Source: Phycisphaerae bacterium (GTDB taxonomy: Bacteria; Planctomycetota; Phycisphaerae; Phycisphaerales; SM1A02). Taken from it: a DNA stretch of 64,000 nt. The stretch's first letter is position 1. Each line of letters opens with the position of its first letter. The notes below the pieces were generated by a model, which did no database searches, was not told where the DNA came from, and saw nothing but the letters and a program-made list of their open reading frames with translations. Shown piece after piece: positions 24,580-35,388 of the stretch. The translations under genes and the position numbers were made by a program. The stretch covers positions 16,787-80,786 of the forward strand of contig JAWXCC010000002.1 of assembly GCA_034440475.1 (NCBI GenBank). The letters are read 5' to 3'.

Positions 24580-25874
24580 TCAGGGACATTGAGCTGGTCG
24601 ACGACGATACCGAGATCCTTAACAGAGGCGCTCAGGATCCAGACAGCTGGCGGCGCGTCGTCCTTCCAACGAGCAACCAGCAACTTGCGCATCTCCGCAG
24701 TGTGCTCGGATCCGTCTTCCGCATCGGTGAGCCAGGTCAGAATGCGGTTGCGGAATGTCTCTGCGGTCGGACTAACAACGAAGAGGCGGATCGCAGGCTG
24801 ATCTTTCAGGGCGCGGGGGTCTTCAAGCTGAGAGATTGTCGCGACGGGCACACCGAGCGAACCATCCTCGCGAATCGGGAAGTCGTAGCCGAGATAGCCG
24901 ATCACGAGCGGGCGATCGAAGTTCTCCTTCATCGTGACGCTGCGTGCGGTGGCTTGGACGATGCGAAGCGAGCCGCCCGGCATCATCTTCGACCCTCCTT
25001 CGACCATCGGGACCGAAGTCGGTCGCAACGAACCGCTAAGCGCGTCAGACGCCTTTTCGAAGTTCGCGCCGGTTGACGCACCGCTAGCGATATCGAGCAC
25101 GCTGACTTCTGGGGCAGCGCCGACATCGATGCCGGTTGAGCCAGCCGAGTCGCTAATGAGTGATACGACGACGCCGCCCGTGAGGTACACACGCTGTACG
25201 ACGCGCAGAAAGAGTGGCGTAGGGTAATTCGCTGCCCGAAGGCGCTTGAACACATCCTGCCGGTCCGGATTGCCAGCCCACTCTTGCAGCTTGCGGTAGA
25301 TCGCCTCGGGCTCGCCCGCGTAGGTGTATGCATCCGAGATCGTCACGCTGCCGGTAGCGCTGTCCGAGCGCATGAAACCGAAACCGATGGGAACGCCTTG
25401 CACTGGGATCGCCAACTTGAGTCCAACGCCGCGACGGACCTCGAAGGTGTAGCTCGGGAAACCAGCGCGAGGCGCTTCGACGATAGGGAAGTCTGGCGGT
25501 GGATCGTCGCCGTGAATTGCGCGCGTGGGTCGATGGTGGGGCAACTGCGCGTACGTGTCGTCCCAGTAGTCCTCGGCGTAAAACTTGTCGTAGTCGAGGT
25601 CATGAAGTCGCACGACCATCTGGTCGAGCGGAAGAAAGCCGCGGCGCTTGTACTCTTCGGCTTGGGCTTGAATCGGGCGCTGAACGAGGAAGACGTCGCC
25701 GGGCTGGAGGTCTTCGGTGAGCGGGTAGACAGGAACGACTTGACTCGCGCGGATGGTTTGGCACCAGTCCTTCGCGACGCGCTCGAGTTCTTTTTCCTGT
25801 GACGCGCAACCCGCGATGGCTCCGACTGCGGCGCAGACGAGCGCGATCATGAGCCCACGTTTGTTCGATGGCAT
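24576..25874 (-). CDS. Hypothetical lipoprotein
   Basis: MPSNKRGLMIALVCAAVGAIAGCAS (lipobox). The 432-aa ORF has a normal amino-acid composition. Confidence 0.6.
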   Translation of the reverse strand: MPSNKRGLMIALVCAAVGAIAGCASQEKELERVAKDWCQTIRASQVVPVYPLTEDLQPGDVFLVQRPIQAQAEEYKRRGFLPLDQMVVRLHDLDYDKFYAEDYWDDTYAQLPHHRPTRAIHGDDPPPDFPIVEAPRAGFPSYTFEVRRGVGLKLAIPVQGVPIGFGFMRSDSATGSVTISDAYTYAGEPEAIYRKLQEWAGNPDRQDVFKRLRAANYPTPLFLRVVQRVYLTGGVVVSLISDSAGSTGIDVGAAPEVSVLDIASGASTGANFEKASDALSGSLRPTSVPMVEGGSKMMPGGSLRIVQATARSVTMKENFDRPLVIGYLGYDFPIREDGSLGVPVATISQLEDPRALKDQPAIRLFVVSPTAETFRNRILTWLTDAEDGSEHTAEMRKLLVARWKDDAPPAVWILSASVKDLGIVVDQLNVPE

Positions 25875-26021
25875 ACTGGTGTTCCCTCTGTGTATCGGCG
25901 CAGCGCCATTCGACGCGTGCCCAACCGCTAACCGTAAACCGAAGCCAACGGTGCGCGAAGACCACGACCGCGAATCAACGGGACGAAGGAAAAATCGAGC
26001 GCAATTCTGGCGCTGTCGTGC

Positions 26022-27509
26022 TCAGCGGGGACGCGCGCCGCGCGGCCGATTCCATGATCGCGCTTCGCTGCCTGGCGCGCGCGACGGACTGCTCGGCGAA
26101 GCGGCTCCGGAGGAAGCCTGTCCACCGCGGTGGCTGCTGTTCGCACTCTTCATTCCACTTCCCGCAGCGGGTTTCCCGCGTGGCCCGCTCTTGGACGAGT
26201 GACCTGCAGGTGACGACGAGCGCTGCGGTTTTCCCGCGCGTGAACCGGCTGATGAGGACGAGGCGTGGCTCCTTGGCGGCGCGCCGCGCCGATCCTCACG
26301 CTCAGGGCGCTCGAGCCGTTCGTGGGTCCTCGCCTCGCGCTCAGCGGCGACCGTCGTCGCGGCGAGCGCTGGCATCGGCTTGACTTCGATCTTCGACCCG
26401 ACAAGCCGTTCGATCGCCCGAAGCTGGTCGCGCTCACTCGCGTCGCAGAAGGCGATCGCGTCGCCTGCGGCACCCGCGCGGCCGGTTCGGCCGATGCGGT
26501 GGATGTAGGCCTCTGGTTCGTCAGGCAGGTCGAAGTTCACGACGTGGCTGATCGCATCGACATCGAGGCCGCGGGCGGCCACGTCGGTCGCGACAAGCAC
26601 GCGGAGCTTCCCGCTGCGGAAGCCGTCGAGCGCGCGGGTACGGCGATTCTGTGCCTTGTTGCCGTGAATCGCGTCGGCGACGACGCCGCTTGAGATCAGT
26701 CGCTTTGCGACCTTGTCGGCACCGTGTTTCGTGCGCGTGAAGACAACGACGCGATCGAATGACTCGTCGCTGAGCAAGTGCTGAAGGAGCGCGAGCTTTT
26801 GCTGCTGCTGGACGAACACCACCGATTGCTGGATCTTCGGCGCGGCGCTCGCGACCGGAGTGACCGCGACCTCGACCGGGTTGTGCAGCAGTGAACTGGC
26901 GAGCTTGCGGATTTCAGCCGGCATGGTGGCTGAGAACAGCATGGTCTGTCGACGCGAAACGAGTGCCGCGACGATCGTGCGGATCGGCTTGATGAAGCCC
27001 ATGTCGAGCATGCGATCGGCCTCGTCGAGAACGAGGATCTCAATCGAGCGCAGGTCGACGAGCTTCTGCTGCATGAGATCGATGAGGCGACCTGGCGTTG
27101 CGACGAGCACGTCGACGCCGCGCTTCAACGCAGACACCTGATTCACCTGACTAACACCACCGAAGACCACCGTCGAACGCACGGGCGCGTGCCGACCGTA
27201 GGTGCGAAAGCTCTCATTGATCTGTGACGCAAGTTCGCGCGTGGGAGCGAGAATGAGGGCGCGTGGAGTGGTTGTGACGCGCGGCTGCGAACCGGCACTC
27301 TGGGCAGCCGCGCTGGCGGCGAGCCTCTGCAAAATCGGCAACGCAAACGCTGCGGTCTTACCGGTGCCAGTCTGGGCGCAGCCGAGGAGATCGCGGCCTT
27401 CAAGAGCAGGCGGGATTGCCTTTGATTGGATTGGAGTGGGGGTGGTGTACCCCTCGTCGGCGAGAGCGCGGACGAGCGGAGCGGACAAGTGGAGAGATCG
27501 GAAGGCCAT
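26022..27509 (-). CDS. DEAD-box ATP-dependent RNA helicase with an RG/S-rich C-terminal tail
   Basis: [31 protein letters not shown]. The ATG at 27509 ([12 protein letters not shown]...) is preferred to the track start. Confidence 0.9.
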   Translation of the reverse strand: MAFRSLHLSAPLVRALADEGYTTPTPIQSKAIPPALEGRDLLGCAQTGTGKTAAFALPILQRLAASAAAQSAGSQPRVTTTPRALILAPTRELASQINESFRTYGRHAPVRSTVVFGGVSQVNQVSALKRGVDVLVATPGRLIDLMQQKLVDLRSIEILVLDEADRMLDMGFIKPIRTIVAALVSRRQTMLFSATMPAEIRKLASSLLHNPVEVAVTPVASAAPKIQQSVVFVQQQQKLALLQHLLSDESFDRVVVFTRTKHGADKVAKRLISSGVVADAIHGNKAQNRRTRALDGFRSGKLRVLVATDVAARGLDVDAISHVVNFDLPDEPEAYIHRIGRTGRAGAAGDAIAFCDASERDQLRAIERLVGSKIEVKPMPALAATTVAAEREARTHERLERPEREDRRGAPPRSHASSSSAGSRAGKPQRSSSPAGHSSKSGPRGKPAAGSGMKSANSSHRGGQASSGAASPSSPSRAPGSEARSWNRPRGARPR

Positions 27510-27843
27510 GAGAAAAGCGAAAACCCTTCTGTACCCCTCTGACGGCGGCTCACAGGGAGAACGCTTTCCAGCGAGGCATTTGAAACAAGTGGGGTGACAC
27601 GCGACGCGACGAACGCACCGCACGCCGAACCCCTACGAAGTTACAGGATACGGCCACGCGAGAGGTTGCGCAGCGGAAACTTTGAGAAACGGTGTCGCGG
27701 ACCGGTTCAACGAGGTTCTCGGAGTCCGTGCTAGGAAACACTGCCGCCGTTTCCACGCCGCAATTACCCTGATGCGAGATTCACGTTCGGGCTTCGCAGA
27801 GTGATCGTGGTCGGTCGCAGTCTCGGTCTCCAAGGAGCACGTC

Positions 27844-30153
27844 ATGTCCCAGCGTCAGCGTGGCTTCGTCGGTGTCGTCCTTGTGATGTTCCTAGCGCTT
27901 CTGGTGGCTCACGCTGCGACGCGCGCCGATCAGGCCGAACTCGGGTTCGAGAGCGACCCGCTCGTTGCCAACGGCTGGGTCGTCCCAACGCCGGGCTGGA
28001 CGGCAGAACTCACCGACGAGCAACCGAGCGCTGGCACGCACTGCGCCAAGCTCGGGAAGAAGCCTGAGTCTGCGTCGACGTTCGGCAATCTGATGCGAAC
28101 GATCGACGCCGCGCCGTATCGCGGTAAGCGTGTCGCGCTCTCATCGAAGATTCGTGTCGTTGGCGATGGCCGCAGCCAGATGTGGATTCGCATCGATCGC
28201 GCGAACGACGTCATGGGTGGATTCGACAACATGTCCAACCGCCCCGTGTTCGGGAACGGTGAATGGACGACCGCGATGTCCGAGGTCGATGTCGCGGCCG
28301 ACGCGCTCGCCGTCAATGTGGGCTTCATGGTCTTCGGTGCCGCGACGGCGTTCGTCGACGAGGTTGCGCTTGAAGTCAAGGGCGACGCGGCGCCCGTGCA
28401 AGCGGCTTCGCCGCTGCGAGCGCTCACGGCGCGCGGGCTTGAGAATGTTCGTGCGGCTGTACAGCTTTTGAACTACGTCCGTTTCTTTCATCCGAGCGAT
28501 CAAGCAGTTGGGGTCGCGAGCTGGGGGCATGTTGCGATCGACGTCATCGAACAAGCCGAGCCTGCCGTTGACGCTGCCGACCTCGCACGACGACTGTCGA
28601 CAGCATTTGCTCCGCTCGCGCCGACACTCGAAATGTGGGCGGGTGACTCGGCGGCGGCCCCCGCGCTACCTAACGCGCTATCGAGTGCGACGAACGTGCG
28701 GTCGTGGCGCCACGTTGGGGCAGGAACGATCGCCGCTCCAAGCCGAGGCAACGCGTACTCAAGCGCGGTCACCGAGCGCACCCTCAGCGCTGCCGTCACG
28801 CCGACGGACTGGGCAGCGTCGTTCTTGGTGAAGCGGCTTGACGGCGGCGTCTCGTTTCGCCTTCCTATTCAGGTCTACGGCGACGAAAAGGGAACGATCC
28901 CGCACGGCTCGACGCCACCGGCGCTCATGAAGGACGCAGCGCGGCCAGTTCTCGAGTCGAGTAACCGCTCGACGCGCCTCGCCGCGATCGCCATGGCGTG
29001 GGGCGTGTTCCAGCATTTCTACCCGTACTTTGAGCCCGATGGCGATCTCACTCCCGCTGACTGGGACAGCGCGTTGACGGCAGCGCTTGAAACGGCCGCG
29101 ACCGACGCTGACGCTACAGCCATGCTTGCGACGCTTCAGACACTTGTCGCAACGCTCCACGATGGACACGGCAATGTGTCTGGCGGAGCCGCACCGCGAA
29201 AGGCGATGTTGCCCGTCTTGCTCGAGTGGGCAGGCGACGAACTCGTGGTGGTGGGCGTGCACGCTTCCGCGGACAAGAGTGCGAACGTCGGCGACGTTGT
29301 CCTCGCGATTGATGGTCGCACAACGGCCGAGTGTTTTCGCGATGCAGCGACGCGGATCTCAGGCGCGACCGACGGCTGGATTCGTTCGCGTTCCACGATG
29401 GAGATAGCGACTGGTGCAGCGGACAACGATCCCGCGGTCCTATCGCTGCGTGGTCAAGACGGTGTGGAACGAAATGCGACGCTGCGACGGATTCCGCTGC
29501 AGCAGATCGCGGGCGGAAGCGCGCGGCGACCCGAGACCGGAAGCGAACTTGCGCCCGGCATCGTGTACTTCGATCTCAACGCCGCAGAGCTTCCGGCGCT
29601 GACCGCGGTGATGCCGAGGCTCGAGACCGCGAAAGGCATCGTCTTCGACATGCGCGGATATCCCGGAGGCGCGGCCTATTCGCTGATTCAGCACTTGATC
29701 GACGCACCAGCGACGAGCGCACGCTGGAGGAAGCCGGTCGTCACGATGCCGGATCGAGAAGGTTGGACGTGGGACGAGAGCGGCCGCTGGAGTATGCCGC
29801 CACTCGCGCCGCGGCTGCGGGCACCGATCGTCTTCGTCACTGACGGGCGTGCGATTTCTTACGCTGAATCCATCATGGGCATCATCGAGCACTACAAACT
29901 GGGAACGATCGTCGGCGCGACGACCGCCGGCACCAACGGGAACGTCAACCCGTTCGAGGTGCCCGGCGGGTTTTCGGTCTCATGGACGGGCATGCGCGTG
30001 CTCAAGCACACCGGTAGCCGCCATCATGGCGTGGGTATCGCGCCCCACCGTCCGATCAAGCCGACCGCAAAAGGCATCGCCGAAGGACACGACGAGGTGT
30101 TAGAGAAAGCAGTCGAAGTGCTGCGAACGAAAATCGAGACTCAGGACGGGTGA
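27844..30153 (+). CDS. Secreted S41-family (tail-specific-like) peptidase
   Basis: Signal peptide, then FDMRGYPGGAAYS and FVTDGRAISYAESIMG, followed by GATTAGTNG. Confidence 0.75.
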   Translation: MSQRQRGFVGVVLVMFLALLVAHAATRADQAELGFESDPLVANGWVVPTPGWTAELTDEQPSAGTHCAKLGKKPESASTFGNLMRTIDAAPYRGKRVALSSKIRVVGDGRSQMWIRIDRANDVMGGFDNMSNRPVFGNGEWTTAMSEVDVAADALAVNVGFMVFGAATAFVDEVALEVKGDAAPVQAASPLRALTARGLENVRAAVQLLNYVRFFHPSDQAVGVASWGHVAIDVIEQAEPAVDAADLARRLSTAFAPLAPTLEMWAGDSAAAPALPNALSSATNVRSWRHVGAGTIAAPSRGNAYSSAVTERTLSAAVTPTDWAASFLVKRLDGGVSFRLPIQVYGDEKGTIPHGSTPPALMKDAARPVLESSNRSTRLAAIAMAWGVFQHFYPYFEPDGDLTPADWDSALTAALETAATDADATAMLATLQTLVATLHDGHGNVSGGAAPRKAMLPVLLEWAGDELVVVGVHASADKSANVGDVVLAIDGRTTAECFRDAATRISGATDGWIRSRSTMEIATGAADNDPAVLSLRGQDGVERNATLRRIPLQQIAGGSARRPETGSELAPGIVYFDLNAAELPALTAVMPRLETAKGIVFDMRGYPGGAAYSLIQHLIDAPATSARWRKPVVTMPDREGWTWDESGRWSMPPLAPRLRAPIVFVTDGRAISYAESIMGIIEHYKLGTIVGATTAGTNGNVNPFEVPGGFSVSWTGMRVLKHTGSRHHGVGIAPHRPIKPTAKGIAEGHDEVLEKAVEVLRTKIETQDG

Positions 30154-30160
30154 CGGGCTG

Positions 30161-31027
30161 TTAGCCCCATGCGCCGAGAAGAATGCCAAGGTCGGCGGGT
30201 GTAACGAGTCCATCACCGGTGAAGTCGGCAGGACAACCAACGCACTCGCCCCAGGAACCGAGAAGAATTCCGAGGTCGGGCGGTCCTACGACGCCATCGC
30301 CGTTGAGATCGGCCGGGTTCGGCATCGGGCACTCGTCCGGGATGCCATCGTTGTTGAGATCAGTCTGGGTCCCTTCGATGATCTCTTGCCAGTCGGGCGT
30401 GCCGTCGTTGTCGCAGTCAGCCGTCGGATCTGGGATGACGCGGATGAGCAGTCCCGTTGACAGCGTGTCGCCGCCGGAGACGAACAGCGCCGCGCTGATC
30501 GTGTGAGCACCGCCGGGGATTTCGCCGACCCACACGCCCTCGGGTGGGAGGATCCGCGGAAGGAAATCGTTGTCTGCTGGCGGGAAGAAGATGTTCCAGG
30601 TGGCGTAGATGAACGTCGGTCCGTCGACGGTGAACTCGACGGAGTATTCCGCAATCGCGCTCGGGACCTCGCGAGGAACGGTCGAGAACGCATCGGCTGT
30701 CGCGCTCGATTCGATGGCGATCGCGTTGTAGCTCAGGGTCACGCCAGCGAACTCGCTGATGGTTCGCGACGCGCTCTCGCAACTAATGAAACACGTAGTA
30801 TCGATCGGTGGCGAGCAGGTGTCGCTGCATCCGGTGCCGATTGAGATCGACGCGGTCGCACTCGTGACGACGAGCGATGAAGCGTTCGCTTCGCTTACGA
30901 GCTGTGGACTCGTCAGGACGAGCGCAACTGAGACAGCAGACGACAGAGCGGTGAGGCACATCCGCGTTGGCACAGTACGACTCCGGCGAAAGAGGGAGAG
31001 GGCGACCCCGACTATGCGGCGCGCCAT
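30161..31027 (-). CDS. Secreted protein with a double dockerin-like tail
   Basis: The tail reads ADLNGDGVVGPPDLGILLGSWGECVGCPADFTGDGLVTPADLGILLGAWG. The N-terminus looks like a signal peptide; the start may instead be the internal Met (MCLTALSS...). Confidence 0.7.
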   Translation of the reverse strand: MARRIVGVALSLFRRSRTVPTRMCLTALSSAVSVALVLTSPQLVSEANASSLVVTSATASISIGTGCSDTCSPPIDTTCFISCESASRTISEFAGVTLSYNAIAIESSATADAFSTVPREVPSAIAEYSVEFTVDGPTFIYATWNIFFPPADNDFLPRILPPEGVWVGEIPGGAHTISAALFVSGGDTLSTGLLIRVIPDPTADCDNDGTPDWQEIIEGTQTDLNNDGIPDECPMPNPADLNGDGVVGPPDLGILLGSWGECVGCPADFTGDGLVTPADLGILLGAWG

Positions 31028-31298
31028 TCTTGGGGGGGTTGGGGGAGAGCGGCTCTATTCTCTCCCACACTGGACTGTTGTCCAAGGGAAATCACCCTTT
31101 CGGAGACGCGATCGCTTCGTCGATCTAGCCGTAGGGGCAACGCGACGCGGATGGTTCGAGGTGTGATCCCCATTGCCTTCGGTGGCAAGGGTGTCCGGAC
31201 ATGGCCTGTTTTCGCCATCCCTCGTCCGGAAACGCGCGAGGTCGGGGCTGCGCGCTGCTGAGTATTAGCTGGGCGGGTCGGTCCACGGCGACTCGCGC

Positions 31299-32393
31299 TC
31301 ACTTTGCTGGTGTCGCGTCCGCTTCACCGCTCCATTTGACGCGCTCGGCGCGCTTGACCACACCGTTCTCGATGAAGACGTCCCATGGCGGCGTAATGAC
31401 CCATGCTTTGATGATCGCAGGCATGTCGACGTGCAGGGCTGGGTTCGGAACTTCGTTGACGAACAGTCTGCCCGTGTACGCAGTCGGCGTCGGGAGTTGA
31501 ATCAGCACGTACTTCGGAGCGCTCGCGGGATCGGCCTTCTGCTTCTCCGCGAGTTCGCGCAGATGATCTGCGCAGTGATTACACGAGGCGTAATAGATGA
31601 TGAGTGTCGCGTCGGGAGGGAACGCTGACACATCGGTCCACCGTCCGAGTTCAGTGTCAACGAGTCGTCTTCCAACCCAACTAATCGGGCGCAGAATGAC
31701 TTGGTCGGGAATCAGGTCGGGGAGCTGCCAAGGCGCACTCGCTCGCTCCGGAACTGATGCGACCTCGGGGACGCGCGTGGGCGATGGGGGCGCGACAACA
31801 CTGCGACTAACAACAGAGCGGGCTTCGACAGGTCTGAGCGGGCGCATGCGCGCATCGGAATACCAACCCAAGGCGAGCCCCAGCGCGAACCCAAGCGGGG
31901 CGGCGATCCCCGCAAGGCGATTCACCCGCCACGGACGGCGCTGTGCAACGACGATCAAAACGGCGACGAGCAGACTGATGTCGATGGCGAACACGATCCA
32001 TGCAGGCATCGGAAGCGCGCCGCCGAAGCAGCCGCACGTGGCCGCACCGGTTCGTAGATGCAGCACGAGGATCACCGCAAACGTGGCGAGGAGCGCGGCG
32101 AGTGGTGGCCATCCGATGCGCGGGACGAAGAGGGCAAAGAACGCGATCGTCGTCTCGACAACCACTGCGGCAGAGATCACGAGGAACGGATCGATCTCAA
32201 GCGCAAGAATCGGAGCTGGAAGCTCCTTCGGCGTTCCCGCAAACGCTTTCGCGAAGGCGCCTGCGAGAACCCAGAGCGCTGCGATGCGAACGACCCAATA
32301 CACAAGCGCATGTTGCGACGGCGAGACGGCAACTTCGACTGCCTTCTCAGCCCGGGCTGCTCTCTCGACGTTGACGGCTGCGCGCTTGGACAT
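31299..32393 (-). CDS. MauE/DoxX-like membrane domain fused to a thioredoxin-like CxxC domain
   Basis: From the ATG at 32393 there are four or more TM helices (VRIAALWVLAGAFAKAF..., GAATCGCFGG). The C-terminal domain follows, with YYASCNHCADHL. Confidence 0.55.
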   Translation of the reverse strand: MSKRAAVNVERAARAEKAVEVAVSPSQHALVYWVVRIAALWVLAGAFAKAFAGTPKELPAPILALEIDPFLVISAAVVVETTIAFFALFVPRIGWPPLAALLATFAVILVLHLRTGAATCGCFGGALPMPAWIVFAIDISLLVAVLIVVAQRRPWRVNRLAGIAAPLGFALGLALGWYSDARMRPLRPVEARSVVSRSVVAPPSPTRVPEVASVPERASAPWQLPDLIPDQVILRPISWVGRRLVDTELGRWTDVSAFPPDATLIIYYASCNHCADHLRELAEKQKADPASAPKYVLIQLPTPTAYTGRLFVNEVPNPALHVDMPAIIKAWVITPPWDVFIENGVVKRAERVKWSGEADATPAK

Positions 32394-32601
32394 GCCGCGA
32401 CAGACTACCGCAGTCTGAGCGCTTGGGTCGGTGAGCGAGTTACTCAGGCAAGCGCGCGGCGTCGGACTTTCGGTCGCCACGTCCGCTTGAATGGGGACCC
32501 ACATCGGCACGCTGCCGACACCTGCGGGGGACGCTTCAGGGTTTACGAAGTACTGGGATAAGAATAACCTGAGGTGGCAGAACGGTGCGGGCTGGCACCC
32601 A

Positions 32602-32635
32602 GATGCACGGGGATAGAAGATGCACGAGGATAGAA
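32602..32635. promoter_or_regulatory. 17-bp tandem direct repeat in a divergent intergenic region
   Basis: GATGCACGGGGATAGAA GATGCACGAGGATAGAA. It lies about 100 bp upstream of the 32733 ORF and about 210 bp upstream of the 32393 start on the other strand. Confidence 0.4.
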
Positions 32636-32732
32636 CGGGCAGATCGTGTTTCGCTCGCAGTTTCAGTTGCTGTTCTGATATCGCTCTTGTGGGACTGATA
32701 GCGCCTCGCAAGCCGGAACGAGATCCAGCAAC

Positions 32733-33095
32733 ATGCTCTTTCACTTTGAACATCGATCGCAGCCTGTCATCGAGCGAAGGAACTTCGTTCGTCGGATCGC
32801 GACAGGGTTTACCGTGGGGTCGTCGCTGATCTTCGTGTCGCTGCTCGTTGGTATGCCGGGCTATCGATACTTCGAGGGGCTCTCCTACGAGGACTCCTTC
32901 ATCAATGCCGCGATGATCCTGTCGGGCATGGGACCGCTGTGGTCACCAGTGACCACCGAAGGGAAAATATTCGCTGGCCTGTACGCGCTCTATAGCGGGC
33001 TCGCCGTCATCGCGATCGCTGGCATCGTGTTCGCGCCGTTCCTGCATCGGCTGCTGCATCTCTTGCACGCTGATGACAAGAACTCAGCCGACTGA
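32733..33095 (+). CDS. Small integral membrane protein
   Basis: Two or three hydrophobic segments (GFTVGSSLIFVSLLVGM, IFAGLYALYSGLAVIAIAGIVFAPF). No family assigned. Confidence 0.5.
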   Translation: MLFHFEHRSQPVIERRNFVRRIATGFTVGSSLIFVSLLVGMPGYRYFEGLSYEDSFINAAMILSGMGPLWSPVTTEGKIFAGLYALYSGLAVIAIAGIVFAPFLHRLLHLLHADDKNSAD

Positions 33096-33104
33096 CACTA
33101 GCAG

Positions 33105-34574
33105 CTAGCCCCACGCGCCAAGCAGGATGGCGAGATCAGCGGCGTCGACGATTCGGTCCCGGTTCAGATCGCTGGCACCGCTAGTGGCGCCGAAGTCTCC
33201 AAGCAGAAGCCCGAGATCGACCGCGGCCACTATGCCATCGCCATCGAGGTCGCCGAGGCGGCGGAGAAAGTGAGTACTCACGTAGTCGCCGACCGCAGTT
33301 CCGACTTGATTGCCGCCGTCGGCGTCCATCTGGAAGTGCACGCCGAGGTAAATGCGGCTGCGTGCGTTCTCAAGCGCAGCTTCCCTCAAGCTCGTGAAGC
33401 TGCGGTAATAGCCCGGGGTGTCGTCAGACGTCGCGGTGAAGCTGATCGCATCGGTTCCGTAGAAATGCCGAACGACTGCCGCGTGCGAAGCGCCGAAGGT
33501 CGCATGGCCGGAGATCCACGCTGGGAACGGCGGCGTATAGATCGTCAGCATCGGAGAATAGGAAAGCCCTTCCCAACCAAGATCGGCCACAGTCGCCGGA
33601 TTGCCGTCAGCGTCGCCAGCCCGGATCGCAGTGATGGGTCGCCACAGGTCGATATCAGTTGAATACTTGCAGTCCCAAGCCGCGATACCAGCGTCGGCCA
33701 TGCCTAGCGCGACGAGCGCGAAGAGCCGCGCGTTCGCGAGGAGCGAATTGCCCTGGCCTTGTGCGATGACTTGCGTGATGTGGAAGAGCTGTCCGGGCGG
33801 CTTGAAGGTTCCGTCTTTGTCGTTCGCCCAGAAGATCGCGAGCTGGGTTTGATCGGCGGTTCGCGTCACGCTGTCGAGCGCGCCGCTTGTGCGGACATCT
33901 TCGTAGTCCGCGGCGTATTGCGGGCTCGCGAGTAACTCCGCCGCCGTGTTGTAGCCGTAGGGGCCAGAGGTCGGCCGGAACTGGTCGCCGCTCGTCATGC
34001 ACCACGGCGTCACATTTGGCCAGTGCGGACTCGCGGGAGCACTAAAGTTAGGCGGTGTCGGAATCCAATCGCCCGGAATGCTGCCGGGTACGTAGGTGAC
34101 GAAATCGTCCGCGCCGTCGTTCGCTCGCGCAGCGGCGCATGCCCCGGCGCACGCCTTGCCCAGCGCAATACCCGCGTCTTTGGCGCGTCCGTCGCGAAGA
34201 GCGGCGAGCTGCGATGCATAGAGCGCGTCGAATTGCCGGTGCAGCGAGGGACTTGCGTACAGCTCAGACATCGCCTGATGGGCCGCGGTCGCGATCGCGG
34301 CTTCCATCGACGTGCCGGGGGGGCAGGGGACGAAGTTGAGATATGGCTCGTACAGACGATCGATCGAGTTCGCAGCGTCGAACATCGCGACGTGCACAAT
34401 GGCTGCCTCGCGTGAGATCGGGCCGGGCGGGCCACCGGTCTCACGGATCGCCTGTTGAAGCTGAGTGTTCCAGTCGGTTACGACATCGCCGAGGACGGTC
34501 ACCGATATCGCCGCAGTAAAGAGCGTCGGCGCGAGCGAGCAGCGCCCGATGAGTCTGTTTACGTTAGGGTTCAT
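33105..34574 (-). CDS. PAP2 / vanadium-haloperoxidase-like protein with a double dockerin-like tail
   Basis: PPFPAWISGHATFGASHAAV and SRIYLGVHFQMD (PAP2-type motifs). The tail is DLDGDGIVAAVDLGLLLGDFG...DLNRDRIVDAADLAILLGAWG. Start at the ATG at 34574. Confidence 0.75.
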   Translation of the reverse strand: MNPNVNRLIGRCSLAPTLFTAAISVTVLGDVVTDWNTQLQQAIRETGGPPGPISREAAIVHVAMFDAANSIDRLYEPYLNFVPCPPGTSMEAAIATAAHQAMSELYASPSLHRQFDALYASQLAALRDGRAKDAGIALGKACAGACAAARANDGADDFVTYVPGSIPGDWIPTPPNFSAPASPHWPNVTPWCMTSGDQFRPTSGPYGYNTAAELLASPQYAADYEDVRTSGALDSVTRTADQTQLAIFWANDKDGTFKPPGQLFHITQVIAQGQGNSLLANARLFALVALGMADAGIAAWDCKYSTDIDLWRPITAIRAGDADGNPATVADLGWEGLSYSPMLTIYTPPFPAWISGHATFGASHAAVVRHFYGTDAISFTATSDDTPGYYRSFTSLREAALENARSRIYLGVHFQMDADGGNQVGTAVGDYVSTHFLRRLGDLDGDGIVAAVDLGLLLGDFGATSGASDLNRDRIVDAADLAILLGAWG

Positions 34575-34785
34575 GGTTGTGCCCCTAGAATGGAATGAAG
34601 CGGATGGAAACATACGACGCATTCAGCTTCGCACCACGCAAGAGAGGGAGCGACTCTCGCCAAACTAACGCGCTCTACCGTTCGGGCCTAAGAAAAACTG
34701 CGAGAAACGGCGGCGGCAACCAGTCCGAGTTCGAGGAGCTGTGCACGGCCGATGCCCGCCCAGACGCTCGGTACGCTCCCATGCG

Positions 34786-35286
34786 ATGCCACTGCTTGTC
34801 AGACCCATCGAGCCGCGCGATCTCTCCGATATCCGCGCTGAACTCACGGCCCACTGGGGTTCGTCACAGATCTGGTCGCTTGGTCGCCGGCACAACGCGG
34901 ACGATCTCCCCGGATTTATCGCCGAGTTGGGCGGTCGATTCGCCGGTCTAATCACGCTGCATGTTGATCCCGGAGGCTGGCAGTGCGAGGTCATCACGCT
35001 CAGTAGTCGCTCCGCGCAGCGAGGAGTCGGTGCGGCGCTCCTCGCCGCAGCGGAGCGGTTCGCCCGGGATCACGGTTGCCGCCGCGTGTTCCTGACGACC
35101 ACGAACGACAACACTCGAGCGATTCGCTTCTACCAGCGACGCGGTTGGCGTTTCGCCGCGCTGCACAAGGGCATCGTCGACCGAGTGCGCACGTACAAGC
35201 CCGAGCTTCCGCTGCTCGGGTTAGATGACATCCCGATCCGTGATGAGATTGAGTTCGAGTGCTGGTTGGATGGCACGCCAGACTAA
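34786..35286 (+). CDS. GNAT-family N-acetyltransferase
   Basis: RGVGAALLAAAERFARDHGCRRVFLTTTNDNTRAIRFYQRRGW, the motif A region. Confidence 0.8.
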   Translation: MPLLVRPIEPRDLSDIRAELTAHWGSSQIWSLGRRHNADDLPGFIAELGGRFAGLITLHVDPGGWQCEVITLSSRSAQRGVGAALLAAAERFARDHGCRRVFLTTTNDNTRAIRFYQRRGWRFAALHKGIVDRVRTYKPELPLLGLDDIPIRDEIEFECWLDGTPD

Positions 35287-35326
35287 CAAACGAGAGATCC
35301 GTCGAGAGCAGCGAGAGAAGTGAAAG

Positions 35327-35360
35327 GAGGCCGAAGATCCGCTGTCGGACCTTCGGCCTC
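35327..35360. terminator. Hairpin between convergent genes
   Basis: GAGGCCGAAG (35327-35336) pairs with CTTCGGCCTC (35351-35360). The loop is 14 nt and has inner CCG/CGG pairing. Confidence 0.4.
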
Positions 35361-35388
35361 TGGTCTACTTTCGTCGTTCACGAGACGA

